A model generated the notes under the pieces. That model made no database searches. It was not told the DNA's origin and was given only the letters and a program-made list of their open reading frames with translations. The translations under genes and the position numbers were made by a program. A stretch of DNA of 64,000 bases from a virus, in the IMG/VR virus record IMGVR_UViG_3300024294_000597; one strand, written 5' to 3'. This document shows, one piece after another, positions 30,648 to 40,464 of the stretch (position 1 is the stretch's first letter; each line of letters opens with the position of its first letter).

Positions 30648-31775
30648 TTATGCGTTATGAGCCTCGATAATTAGCTTACCGTATTTCTTAAAGAACTCCT
30701 CGATACAAGGAACCTTCCTAGGCTCAAGTGGAAGTTTGTAAACTTTTAGTGCAGTACGACCACCTAGAACAATCATTTCAGTTTCAAAGTTATCCATCAT
30801 GAACCTGAAAAAGTTATCAGCCATTTTGTACAACTCATCCATTTTGCCTTTGTTTTTCTCTGCATGTTCTTTCAACTCATAACATAGTGAAGCAGTTAGT
30901 GAGAACATAGCTGAGATTTCCTTAGCTTCCCTAGACACCGTTTTTACCTTACCATTTAAGATATCAGTTGGATTAGGAAGTTTACCAGAAATTGCTCGGT
31001 GAGCCATAAACTTAGTAGCAACACCATCACCAACAGTACCAGCAATTAAGTCATGCAGTTTACTATCATCGATATTTTCATCTTTCATTGGCATCAACTG
31101 TGATGCAAAAGTCCATGAACGAGGAGTTGCGAAAGCCCGTGATGCAGTTCGTGGGTCAAAGTTAAACAAGTCCATCTTATTAGATGTTAAGTAACCAACA
31201 ACATCAGAATGGATTTTGTTTTCAAGAGCCCAAGTCTGCCAATCTTCAAAGTCAACACCCATTTCTAAGTGAACGAAACGGTTAGCAAGTGGGCTTGGCA
31301 TACGATAAGCAACACCTCTATCACTCTCACGGTTACCAGCGGCAACAATAAGAACATTATCAGGTAGAGTGTAATTACCTAGACGCCTGTTAAGAATAAG
31401 TTGATAAGCCGCCGCTTGTACTGATTGCGGTGCTTGGTTCATTTCATCTAAAAACAATACAATGTTTTCAAACTGGTCAGCAAGTTCCTGACTAGGCAAA
31501 TCAGACGGTGTCGCCCAATCCATAGTATTTGTTTTCTCATTATAGTATGGGATACCTCGTAAATCAGTAGGTTCCATAAGAGCAAGTCGTAAGTCAATCA
31601 TATAACCTGAACGCTCTTGTGTGATTGAATCAACAATCTCAGATTTACCTACTCCCGGAGGACCCCAAATAAAGACGGGTCGTTGACGATTAAAAGCATA
31701 ATTAATTTCAGCTTTAATATCACTCGGACGTACAATTCGTACATCCATATCATTCATTGAAACTTGTGCAGACAT
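30648..31775 (-). CDS. MoxR-type AAA+ ATPase
   Basis: GPPGVGKS Walker A, LFLDE Walker B, AAGN, LANRF, TPRSW; likely start 31775. Confidence 0.9.
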   Translation of the reverse strand: MSAQVSMNDMDVRIVRPSDIKAEINYAFNRQRPVFIWGPPGVGKSEIVDSITQERSGYMIDLRLALMEPTDLRGIPYYNEKTNTMDWATPSDLPSQELADQFENIVLFLDEMNQAPQSVQAAAYQLILNRRLGNYTLPDNVLIVAAGNRESDRGVAYRMPSPLANRFVHLEMGVDFEDWQTWALENKIHSDVVGYLTSNKMDLFNFDPRTASRAFATPRSWTFASQLMPMKDENIDDSKLHDLIAGTVGDGVATKFMAHRAISGKLPNPTDILNGKVKTVSREAKEISAMFSLTASLCYELKEHAEKNKGKMDELYKMADNFFRFMMDNFETEMIVLGGRTALKVYKLPLEPRKVPCIEEFFKKYGKLIIEAHNA

Positions 31776-31809
31776 ATTTTCATTTCCTTTGTTTTGTATC
31801 ATTAACTAT

Positions 31810-31838
31810 ATAATAGCACGATTCGTGATTCTGTCAAG
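31810..31838 (-). promoter_or_regulatory. Class G promoter CTTGACA-GAATCA-CGAATCG-TGC-TATTAT (two GANTC sites)
   Basis: Directly readable. Confidence 0.8.
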
Positions 31839-31866
31839 TTTTTTGACCTAAATAAATGAAGTTTTT

Positions 31867-32256
31867 TTAAATTATATTGGAAATGCCATATATGGTGTGT
31901 TTTTGCTCAACCCAGTCTTGTAATCCAAGTAAGGATATCTCTGCGGCTATGCTTTCTTCAAACACTCGTAATCTATGGTTAGTAAGGATATATGGACTGT
32001 TAAGGTATCGGTCTAAGACGAGAATCATCTTACCCGTTTGGTCAATCTTAAGATTGATACCAACTGAATTAGTATTTTTGATTACGTACTCTTTGAAATG
32101 TGACTTTAGTATACCAGCACCAAATGATGTTAATCTAAAGTTCTTATCATTTTCAGAAGAACTAATGAAAATATCATTTGTACGAAACTCTTTACGGCCT
32201 GCTTTTCGACCTTTAGTGTTATCATTCAGATACTTTATTAGTTCATCTTTTAACAT
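31867..32256 (-). CDS. Hypothetical protein
   Basis: 129-aa ORF co-oriented with neighbours. Confidence 0.6.
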   Translation of the reverse strand: MLKDELIKYLNDNTKGRKAGRKEFRTNDIFISSSENDKNFRLTSFGAGILKSHFKEYVIKNTNSVGINLKIDQTGKMILVLDRYLNSPYILTNHRLRVFEESIAAEISLLGLQDWVEQKHTIYGISNII

Positions 32257-32263
32257 TTAACAT

Positions 32264-32554
32264 TTAGTCTAACTCAAGTTTTTCGCCCTTAGTCAAGACA
32301 AAAACTTCAAAATCATCGCAACGAAATAAACTGTTTAGTCTCTGTGCCAGATTGATAGCATGTCCTGGATTAGAGAACGATACTTTTTTATATTTTGGTC
32401 CTGGGAAATTAACTAATGAGTTCAAGCTACGTAGATTTATTGCTACTCCTTTGTGGAATACCGCATACACGGCATCTGCTTTTAGGACTTGCTCACTACG
32501 ATATGTTTTGTTATCCGTATGCTCAAGTAGAATTGTAGGTTTAGGTCTTGCCAT
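32264..32554 (-). CDS. Conserved-looking phage hypothetical protein (MARPKP...)
   Basis: AAGGA ribosome site; two late-promoter motifs upstream. Confidence 0.7.
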   Translation of the reverse strand: MARPKPTILLEHTDNKTYRSEQVLKADAVYAVFHKGVAINLRSLNSLVNFPGPKYKKVSFSNPGHAINLAQRLNSLFRCDDFEVFVLTKGEKLELD

Positions 32555-32583
32555 ATGAAATCCTTGTTAATTATTACTACATG

Positions 32584-32630
32584 TATTTATCAAAATCTCT
32601 GAATATATATACGTAGTTAATGTATTTATA
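32584..32630 (-). promoter_or_regulatory. Tandem T4-like late promoters (TATAAATA 32623-32630; ATAAATA 32584-32590)
   Basis: Exact T4 late consensus in an intergenic region. Confidence 0.6.
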
Positions 32631-32632
32631 CG

Positions 32633-33904
32633 TTACTTGCCTCGTGGTGTGTTCCTTTGGTCAAGCCAGCCTTGCAATTCTACTCTGTCTTTTTCAGTAA
32701 GTATAAAACTAAATTCAAGTTCTTCGTACCCAGTAAATTCATCACCACGCTTAACTTTAAGTGTCATTGTTTCACCCGGAAACGAATGCAGACCTTCTTG
32801 CATAATATTCATGGGTCCGTATACTTTTTTACCATTTATCTCTAAAAAGAAATCACCAGTACGCAATCCAGCTTCATAGGCTGATGAATCTTCATTATCA
32901 TCCATGAATGCATACATCATATGCCTGTCCTCTCTAGGCAAATCTAACATTTCCATTTCTTTTAATTCTTCATATGTATATATTTTAAATGTAAAAGGAA
33001 GTTCGGCATATGGTACCCAATCAACTACGTCTGAAACATGAGTTTCTAAAATGTAATTCATTGCACGTTGGGCAATCTCAGATTGAACAGCTAATCCAAC
33101 ACCATCCCATCCTGGTATTGCTCTACCTGGTGACAAAATACTTAGTATAACACCTGCAACTTTGCCGTCTGTAGTTATAACAGGACCTCCACTATTGCCT
33201 TGATTGACAACTGCATCTACTTGTAGATGTAATGTATAAGGACCAGTACCAAATCTATTTACATATGTAATTGCACCTACACTCGCAGTATATGGTAAAG
33301 ACATTCCATGACCAATGACAACAACTGGATCACCTTCTGTTATATCTTTTCTGGAATCTTCTATAAATTCTAATGCTTCCCATTCTTCATTATCTTTCTT
33401 TTCAATTTTAATAACTGCAATATCGGCAACTGGATCAAACCCAATGATTTCACCGTCATACGGCCACCATTCAGTTGCAGTGTTTATTTGAAGTTTAAGA
33501 TTTAATGGAAGTTCTGATTTGCGTTCTATAACATGATAGTTTGTTACAATGTAAGCATGTTTATCTGTTACTTTGGCAAAGAAGCCCGTGCCCTGCCCGC
33601 CTAGATTTTGCACAAATGCATTATCTGATGGCATGAGTTTTACCTGTACGATACTCTTATAGCTACGGTTGATTGCGTGTTTAATGTCACGTTCACCATC
33701 GAATCCCTTGCCATTAAATACGACACCATTAAGGTCATACAGAAAATCACCTGTATCTCGTCCAAACTGGTCGTATGACCAGCCTATTCCTTTATGTATG
33801 GATTCTTGTATCTCTCTTACATATGAATTAGTAACAAATGAAAACACCACTGCCACTAATAATAACCCTGACCACTTTAACAACTTCTTCATCATTAGAA
33901 TCAT
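32633..33904 (-). CDS. HtrA/DegP-like serine protease with PDZ domain and N-terminal membrane anchor
   Basis: TNYHV, DIAV and GNSGGP triad; AYEAGLRTGD PDZ; hydrophobic N-terminus. Confidence 0.9.
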   Translation of the reverse strand: MILMMKKLLKWSGLLLVAVVFSFVTNSYVREIQESIHKGIGWSYDQFGRDTGDFLYDLNGVVFNGKGFDGERDIKHAINRSYKSIVQVKLMPSDNAFVQNLGGQGTGFFAKVTDKHAYIVTNYHVIERKSELPLNLKLQINTATEWWPYDGEIIGFDPVADIAVIKIEKKDNEEWEALEFIEDSRKDITEGDPVVVIGHGMSLPYTASVGAITYVNRFGTGPYTLHLQVDAVVNQGNSGGPVITTDGKVAGVILSILSPGRAIPGWDGVGLAVQSEIAQRAMNYILETHVSDVVDWVPYAELPFTFKIYTYEELKEMEMLDLPREDRHMMYAFMDDNEDSSAYEAGLRTGDFFLEINGKKVYGPMNIMQEGLHSFPGETMTLKVKRGDEFTGYEELEFSFILTEKDRVELQGWLDQRNTPRGK

Positions 33905-33919
33905 AAAGATTCTCCTTTA

Positions 33920-34108
33920 TTATGATTGGAATTGTCCTCCGTCTAGTGTTATGTTCTTATCCTTATCACTCTCTTTTAATTCTAGTAGAAGTTGTGCTAA
34001 CTCACTTTCAACGCCGTTTGCAATGTCTATTGACAAACGAATACTTGTCTCGCCTCGTAAATTTGCCCTATTTACAATAGCAATGAAATCTTTTAAGTTT
34101 TTATACAT
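33920..34108 (-). CDS. Hypothetical protein
   Basis: 62 aa ending LDGGQF; coupled to the upstream gene. Confidence 0.6.
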   Translation of the reverse strand: MYKNLKDFIAIVNRANLRGETSIRLSIDIANGVESELAQLLLELKESDKDKNITLDGGQFQS

Positions 34109-34602
34109 TAATCTTGTTTACTAGCCTTTAGTACCTCTGCCTCAAGTTCTGATTTGGTCTTGAACGGACCGACGAATTCATAATTATCCAATGTTTCTAG
34201 TTTGACACAGTAAGTATTTCTCCATACTCCGCTAAAATGTAATCCATAATAACCAGCCGCATAAAATGTCTTACTAGTGTCACTTTTTGTATACACAGGT
34301 ATCTGTTTTCCTTGAACAGTTTGCATACCTGAGTTACATGCCTTGTGTTTACACGGATAACCTTCAACTTCGTCTAGTGCCTTTCCGTACTCTACACTTT
34401 CAATCTTCTTAACAAGTTTTGGTGTGAGGATAGTTTTGCCATATTTTGTAGTTAGAGCATCGAGGTCTAGGTAGTCAACACCTTTGTTCCTCGTGATTAC
34501 TTCAAAGTTAGCATCACTGTCCCCTTTCCTAATAGTGCCAAGTTTAACACCAGCATCTTCTAGGATCCAAAACTTATCTTTTATAATTTCTGTTGTATAC
34601 AT
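34108..34602 (-). CDS. Hypothetical protein
   Basis: 164 aa; preceded by ATAAATA at 34652-34658. Confidence 0.65.
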   Translation of the reverse strand: MYTTEIIKDKFWILEDAGVKLGTIRKGDSDANFEVITRNKGVDYLDLDALTTKYGKTILTPKLVKKIESVEYGKALDEVEGYPCKHKACNSGMQTVQGKQIPVYTKSDTSKTFYAAGYYGLHFSGVWRNTYCVKLETLDNYEFVGPFKTKSELEAEVLKASKQD

Positions 34603-34678
34603 ATAATACCCATTGAAACCATTTGTACAAAGAGTTAACTTCGTACAAATGTATTTATCCTTTTCGTCTGTTCATTTT

Positions 34679-35650
34679 TTATTTTTCGTTGATTTGACGT
34701 TCAAATTCTCTTAAACGTTTGAATACACTCATTAACTCAATAAGTGTTGGCCATGCTTTAAATAGATATTGAAGTGAGCCTTCTACTCTACCAAATGCAC
34801 GAATAATCTGTTGCATTACACCAAGTGTTACAACGCCTGCTACAATAGCCGGTGCTAAGAACACATAAGCACTTAGTACGTTTGCTTGTAAGTATGTAAT
34901 ACGTCCTACATTAAAATACAAATAACGCAAGTAAGATTTAAAGTGAATACTACGAACGCCATCAAACAATTCGTTAATAGTCTTTGGTCTCACAGTTTCA
35001 TCATCTTCTGCAATAACTAATATCTTTCGATATGCGGCTTCTTTCTTTTGTAAGTCATATTCAACTCCTACTAATCGTAGTAACCAACCTAGTCCAATTA
35101 AGAATAGTGTACCACCTACTGACCAAACAATAGCACCTGTAATCAATCCATATTGCCAATCTCCAAAGAAGAAGATAGGAATACCTACTGATAAACCAAA
35201 TAGAATAGGAACGAACTGAACTAGAACCATAATCGATTCAATAAAACTTGTACCTAGTCCTTCCATAATACGACTAAACTTAATAGTATCTTCTTGTACC
35301 CTTTGTGCGGCACCTTCAATAGTTCTTGCTTTATCATATACTGAATGATACCATTCAACCATTGCCGTACGCCATCTAAACAAATAGTGTGCTGTAAAGT
35401 AACTTACTAGCACTGCAATAGCAACATATATCATTGCTAGATAGATAAACGTTCCTAAGCTGGCCCAATATTCACCTATAGTGATTGCATTAGGTGTTGC
35501 TAAAGCCGTTTGAATCATATCATAAAACTGACCAAACCATTCGTTAATCTTAACATCAATCTCAACTTGTATCCAGAGTGATGATAAGATTAATGCTGAC
35601 CCTAACCAGGCCCATAAGGACCATTTCTTTTCTGTAAAAAATCTAAACAT
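34679..35650 (-). CDS. sbmA: SbmA/BacA-family peptide transporter
   Basis: FRWRTAM, IEGAAQRVQEDT, QKKEAAYRK, ELMSVFKRLREFE; multiple TM helices. Confidence 0.88.
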   Translation of the reverse strand: MFRFFTEKKWSLWAWLGSALILSSLWIQVEIDVKINEWFGQFYDMIQTALATPNAITIGEYWASLGTFIYLAMIYVAIAVLVSYFTAHYLFRWRTAMVEWYHSVYDKARTIEGAAQRVQEDTIKFSRIMEGLGTSFIESIMVLVQFVPILFGLSVGIPIFFFGDWQYGLITGAIVWSVGGTLFLIGLGWLLRLVGVEYDLQKKEAAYRKILVIAEDDETVRPKTINELFDGVRSIHFKSYLRYLYFNVGRITYLQANVLSAYVFLAPAIVAGVVTLGVMQQIIRAFGRVEGSLQYLFKAWPTLIELMSVFKRLREFERQINEK

Positions 35651-36404
35651 TTTCTTTTCCTTTTAATATTTCCCAAGTATCTTTATAGCTTTCTACTTGA
35701 TAACTCTTTCCATTTACCAATAGCTTCACTGCTTCTGATATATCATAATCGTTACCACCATGCATAGTCTTATCACCTATAAAGATAATTTCATCTAAAT
35801 CATTAAAATCTTTAATGATTTGCTGTTTTCCTTTACCTACTGGCATAATATCTAGCCCTGTCTCACCGGCTACTTGGGCTACTACTTTCTCTGAAACCAT
35901 AAAATTATCGTTGAATTTCTTTGCGATAGTCCAACGTTCTTTTGTTTCAGTGTCATACTTTACGTATTCTTCTCTTTGTTCCGTTGTTGCACCCCTGCCA
36001 ACAACACTAAAATTCATTAGACCTGGCCTTGCATCAAAATGATTACCAGTTCTAGTAGTAAATTCACTTTGGAATAACTCTCTATCCAAAAACAACTGAG
36101 GTACTTTTGCTAATACCCAATCGTTGTTATATATGTTGATGCCGTTTTCCCATACTGAATTACCGCTACAATTATATACTCTTTCTACTGAGTTAAATAA
36201 GTCTTGTCCTATTTGTTCAATAGTTTTTGGTGCATCACTTCCTGTGGCTAAGTATACTTTATTTTCTTTTATGAATTCATTGAAAAATTCTAGGAACTCT
36301 GGATCTATTTTACCCCTACTTGGTGTTAAGGTTCCATCAACATCAAATATGTATTTGCGGTTCATGTTCTTGAATGCCTCAATATCTTCATTAGTTATAT
36401 TCAT
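35643..36404 (-). CDS. HAD IIB hydrolase, eukaryotic-type phosphomannomutase-like
   Basis: FDVDGTLTPSR, NFSVVGR, FIGDKTMHGGNDY. Confidence 0.8.
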   Translation of the reverse strand: MNITNEDIEAFKNMNRKYIFDVDGTLTPSRGKIDPEFLEFFNEFIKENKVYLATGSDAPKTIEQIGQDLFNSVERVYNCSGNSVWENGINIYNNDWVLAKVPQLFLDRELFQSEFTTRTGNHFDARPGLMNFSVVGRGATTEQREEYVKYDTETKERWTIAKKFNDNFMVSEKVVAQVAGETGLDIMPVGKGKQQIIKDFNDLDEIIFIGDKTMHGGNDYDISEAVKLLVNGKSYQVESYKDTWEILKGKENV

Positions 36405-36408
36405 TATA

Positions 36409-37410
36409 TTATCCGTGAGGATATGATTTGTTTAAGATAGCGGCCATTTCATCAGGCGCTTTAGATAAGTTCTGTAAGTCCCACACCCCACACCACTTTA
36501 GAAAGTTAACACCGACGCCATTGATATTCTTAGGCTTACTTGCTTCTGCTATAGTCTCTACAAAATCTACTTTTAACTCTGTAGGCTGTGCAGTCAAGTC
36601 AATAAGTTTTACATTGCGTTCATAGTCTTCACGTACTGTATGCTCATCACCATGATGGTCAGTCCATTTCTGTAACATGAAGTTATTCCAATTAAAACCG
36701 CCTGTTGCTTTATCTTCAAATGCTTCAATCATACCTGTCTTATTGCGTGAACCCTTTTTACGTACACCAGGGTATGCACTAAAGATATTATCCGATGTAT
36801 CACCACGAATACACTTCTCAAACAGTAACCACTCAGGGTCTGGAGCAGGGAGAAGTTCTTTAGTCTTTTTGTCTTTCATTGGTGTCATGTTCTTATCATC
36901 TTTGAAGAAGCCTTCTTTAGTAATGATACGATTTTGTACACCATCATAAATCTTTACATTGTCTGTGACTAGTTGCATGTAATCACTGTCACTTGATACG
37001 ATAATATGCTCATCGTCTGGATGTGATTCAATAAACAAAGCAATCATATCATCTGCTTCTGCTTGTTTATTATGTAACATAGTACAATTAGTCTTTTTAT
37101 CTAAGAAACCAATCATATCATCATACGCATCAAACATGATTTGATTTTCTTCTTGCTCACGTACTGATAATGACTCACGTGCAATCTTGCGATTAGCTTT
37201 ATATGGCGTGTAAAAGTCTTTACGCCAACTACGTCCTTCTAAACAAAATACTGCATGGTCGGCATTGAATTTGTTATAACACATTTTGACGCTTGACATC
37301 ATAATGTGAAAAGCCATACCGATTTTCATATCGACATTAGCACCACGCATTGCCACGTGTTTTGCTCTATGATACATGTTGAAACTATCAACAAGAATAA
37401 ATGTAGCCAT
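36409..37410 (-). CDS. rnh: T4 RNase H-like 5'-3' exonuclease
   Basis: SWRKDFY, YKANR, EADD, SSDSD, GDTSDNI. Confidence 0.88.
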   Translation of the reverse strand: MATFILVDSFNMYHRAKHVAMRGANVDMKIGMAFHIMMSSVKMCYNKFNADHAVFCLEGRSWRKDFYTPYKANRKIARESLSVREQEENQIMFDAYDDMIGFLDKKTNCTMLHNKQAEADDMIALFIESHPDDEHIIVSSDSDYMQLVTDNVKIYDGVQNRIITKEGFFKDDKNMTPMKDKKTKELLPAPDPEWLLFEKCIRGDTSDNIFSAYPGVRKKGSRNKTGMIEAFEDKATGGFNWNNFMLQKWTDHHGDEHTVREDYERNVKLIDLTAQPTELKVDFVETIAEASKPKNINGVGVNFLKWCGVWDLQNLSKAPDEMAAILNKSYPHG

Positions 37411-37442
37411 TAGTAGATCCTCTTAGTTTTATATACAGTACT

Positions 37443-37472
37443 AGAATAACACACTTTGTGTTACTTGTCAAG
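37443..37472 (-). promoter_or_regulatory. sigma70-type promoter CTTGACA-N17-TATTCT
   Basis: Directly readable; -35 overlaps the upstream stop codon. Confidence 0.65.
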
Positions 37473-37932
37473 AATATTCGGCAGTGTCATCACCGGTTTT
37501 TAGTCTTTGAATGATTACACCATCTTTACTTTTAGTGTCTGCACTTTTAGTGGTACCTTCATCATCTTCAAGTCCTTCCATTACAATGTTCTTACATAAA
37601 TCATTGAACCAGTTGTCAACAATAGTATCATTGTCAGAACCTTCATAGCCATTATTAGCAAGATACTCTACAAAGTCTTCGTTAAAGTCAATCTCAAAGA
37701 AACCTGAACCGGGTTTATTAAGTTCAAGTTCCATCTTTAATACTTTAACCCAAGGCTCTCCTTTTAAAGTAGCAACTTTTTTATCATGGTCATCGTTTGT
37801 AATATGGCCATATTTTAAATCAAGTCCAGCTAACGCAATGTCACGTTCTTTTTCGTTACTTAATTTTTTCGCTTGTATTCTATCAGTTTCTTCTTCTGAC
37901 TTGAACCAAGTGTTTGGTTTCATTATATCCAT
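37468..37932 (-). CDS. Hypothetical protein
   Basis: 154 aa (KGEPWV...WFNDLC). Confidence 0.65.
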   Translation of the reverse strand: MDIMKPNTWFKSEEETDRIQAKKLSNEKERDIALAGLDLKYGHITNDDHDKKVATLKGEPWVKVLKMELELNKPGSGFFEIDFNEDFVEYLANNGYEGSDNDTIVDNWFNDLCKNIVMEGLEDDEGTTKSADTKSKDGVIIQRLKTGDDTAEYS

Positions 37933-37937
37933 AATTA

Positions 37938-38276
37938 TTATCCTTTCAATTCAGGCACTGCCTGTATTAATTCGTCAATCCCTCCCTTGATATAAAGCAT
38001 ATTCTTATATCCATTATTCTTAAGATACTTTGTTACTTGTTCTGACTTTGTACTGTCTTGGCATAAAATCAAACACACAATATGTGTAGGCGCCATTTCA
38101 ATTTGGTCAGGTATTTCATACATTGAAATATTAAACGTTTGTTTAACAACTCCTGCACTTTTACGTTCTTCTGTATCTCTGATATCGACAAGAATATAAT
38201 CTTGTTTCTCATACCATTCATCAACGAATTCTGTAACTGTAATTCCTAAAATTTCTTCATTAGTTTTATAAAACAT
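37938..38276 (-). CDS. Rhodanese-like domain protein
   Basis: LVDIRDTEE, LCQDSTKS active loop, YIKGGI. Confidence 0.75.
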   Translation of the reverse strand: MFYKTNEEILGITVTEFVDEWYEKQDYILVDIRDTEERKSAGVVKQTFNISMYEIPDQIEMAPTHIVCLILCQDSTKSEQVTKYLKNNGYKNMLYIKGGIDELIQAVPELKG

Positions 38277-38279
38277 ATT

Positions 38280-39425
38280 TTAGCATCCTCTATTGATTTC
38301 GGCTTCTAGTGCATCCGCATCTTCGTTCTGTACGCCGTTCCACCCTATTTGTTCCCATGGGACATTCTTGTCACCAAAGTGTCCATATGTACAGTTCTCA
38401 CTATACTTATAAAAATTAAATAAATCAAATCTATCAATGATACCTTTAGGTGTCAAGTCGATATTGTTTCTAATAAACTTTTGAATTGAACGATTATGCC
38501 CGTTACTATCAACATAGATACTAGTTGGTTCCTTAACACCAATAGCATAGCTTAATTGTATATTACACCAATCTGCCATGTTATCTGCTACAATATTCTT
38601 TGCTAACCATCTTGCCATATAAGCCGCTGACCTATCTACTTTCGTAGGATCTTTTCCACTAAAAGCACCCCCACCGTGAGGAGCAAAACCCCCATAGGTA
38701 TCCACGATAATTTTGCGTCCGGTGAGTCCTGTATCACCATCAGGGCCACCAATAACAAACTTGCCAGTAGGATTGATATGCCATATAGTATCTTTATCAA
38801 TTAAATCTCCCATTACATTATTAACTGCTTCACCAACTGTGCTTTTAAGAAGTTGCTCAGAACCCTCAGTATGTTGTGTACTTACAACAATCTGGTCAGC
38901 ACGTTTTACTTTACCACCTTCATATTGTAAACTTACTTGTGATTTCGCATCTGGTAATAGAAATTTATAAGCAGTATTTCGTTTCTCTTTGAGGTCTTTA
39001 AGTATCTCATGTGCGTAATGTATCGGAGCAGGCATCATACTATCTGTGTGGTTACATGCATATCCGAACATCAACCCTTGGTCACCAGCACCGAAATCAT
39101 CAGTACCTAGTCCAATGTCTCCACTCTGTGAATGAATTTCATTATAAATTTTTAATTTATTCCAATGAAATCCCATTTGTTCATATCCAATTTCTTTAAC
39201 TTTATTACGTATAATACGTTCAACAGTCGCATCTGTTAGATTAAAGTTTTTTACTTCGCCCGCTACCGTTACATGGTTGGTGGTTACAAGTGTCTCAATG
39301 GCTACACGTGTTGTTTCATCACCCTTCTCAAGTCCAGCGTCAACTAGTGCATCACTAATTTGGTCTGCTACTTTATCTGGGTGCCCATCACTGACACTCT
39401 CGCTTGTAAAAATATAGTTATTCAT
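38280..39425 (-). CDS. metK: S-adenosylmethionine synthetase
   Basis: FTSESVSDGHPDK, GAGDQG, GGGAFSGKDPTKVDRS. Confidence 0.97.
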   Translation of the reverse strand: MNNYIFTSESVSDGHPDKVADQISDALVDAGLEKGDETTRVAIETLVTTNHVTVAGEVKNFNLTDATVERIIRNKVKEIGYEQMGFHWNKLKIYNEIHSQSGDIGLGTDDFGAGDQGLMFGYACNHTDSMMPAPIHYAHEILKDLKEKRNTAYKFLLPDAKSQVSLQYEGGKVKRADQIVVSTQHTEGSEQLLKSTVGEAVNNVMGDLIDKDTIWHINPTGKFVIGGPDGDTGLTGRKIIVDTYGGFAPHGGGAFSGKDPTKVDRSAAYMARWLAKNIVADNMADWCNIQLSYAIGVKEPTSIYVDSNGHNRSIQKFIRNNIDLTPKGIIDRFDLFNFYKYSENCTYGHFGDKNVPWEQIGWNGVQNEDADALEAEINRGC

Positions 39426-39437
39426 TTTAACTCCTTA

Positions 39438-39542
39438 TTAATATCCAGCTTCCCGAATTCTTTGTTCAAGTCCTGTTTTGTCTTTGACTTCATAATCTTC
39501 ATCATGCCTTGAGGCAGTACCATCATCATGTGCCCCATGCAT
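39438..39542 (-). CDS. Possible 34-aa peptide (MHGAHDDG...)
   Basis: Fills the gap between queE and metK; ATG overlaps the end of queE. Confidence 0.3.
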   Translation of the reverse strand: MHGAHDDGTASRHDEDYEVKDKTGLEQRIREAGY

Positions 39543-40464
39543 TTCCGAATAAGTTGATGTGTAATCTGGGCGTGAAACGCCACCCTTTCTCCATGCAAAG
39601 TTGGGCCACCTGCTTGACTGTAAAATCATATCCTTCACTTCTACCGCCCATTGGCATACAATAGACAGGGCACTCAACGCCCGCTTTCCTGTATAGTTCA
39701 ACAGCTTTATGCACTTCATCAACATCAATAGCATCAGCAACAACAAATTTGAGATAGATATCGCTACCATCAACAAGAGCATACTCATGAGCCACATCAG
39801 GCTTAATAGCAGTATCCCAAGATTCTCCAGAAACGGATAGCTTAGGCGAACAACTCCATGTGACTTTAATGCGGTCATTGTCTGTGAGATAGTCAAATAA
39901 CTCGTTGTGTAATGCTTGTGTAGTGTTTGTTTCAAATGTGACATTTTTTAAGTCCTTCATACGTGGATGTTCGAATAGTTCTACGTACAATCGTTGCCAC
40001 GCCAACAACGGTTCGCCTCCTGTTAAAATTAAATGAATGTCTTGTCCATTGTCTTGAGTCCATTTTCCTTCTGGAGTAAGCGATAATAGATGCTCTACTA
40101 CTTCATCAATAGTTTTGTCCATCACTAAATGCTTAAACTCTGGATAGATACTTGCATAAGTGTCACATCCTGTATGTATGATGGGTAAGTCTTCAAATTT
40201 CTTTGTAGTTTCATGTACACCATCTTTAATTAATTGTTCTACTTCTGGATTATAACGTGTCTTCTCTCTGCCTCGCTCAAGACCAAAGTTTTGACAACGT
40301 AAATTACAGCCGAAGGTTCGTAGGAATACACTAGGTACTCCTACAAACTTGCCTTCGCCTTGTACAGAATAAAATGCTTCTGAATATCTCAATTTCATAG
40401 CTGACTTTTTGTTAACTGCTTCGTAAGAAGGATAACCTTTTTCAAATACAGGTGCGCCTATCAT
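39526..40464 (-). CDS. queE: 7-carboxy-7-deazaguanine synthase (radical SAM)
   Basis: EAFYSVQGEG, FLRTFGCNLRC...CDT, LTGGEP, ETN, SPK, PRLH. Confidence 0.92.
   Translation of the reverse strand: MIGAPVFEKGYPSYEAVNKKSAMKLRYSEAFYSVQGEGKFVGVPSVFLRTFGCNLRCQNFGLERGREKTRYNPEVEQLIKDGVHETTKKFEDLPIIHTGCDTYASIYPEFKHLVMDKTIDEVVEHLLSLTPEGKWTQDNGQDIHLILTGGEPLLAWQRLYVELFEHPRMKDLKNVTFETNTTQALHNELFDYLTDNDRIKVTWSCSPKLSVSGESWDTAIKPDVAHEYALVDGSDIYLKFVVADAIDVDEVHKAVELYRKAGVECPVYCMPMGGRSEGYDFTVKQVAQLCMEKGWRFTPRLHINLFGNAWGT

Noticed and set aside
39438-39944. 168-aa ORF overlapping queE, a possible frameshift extension
   Set aside because: QueE ends normally (GNAWGT) and no clear slippery site was seen; only the last 34 codons are plausible as a separate peptide.
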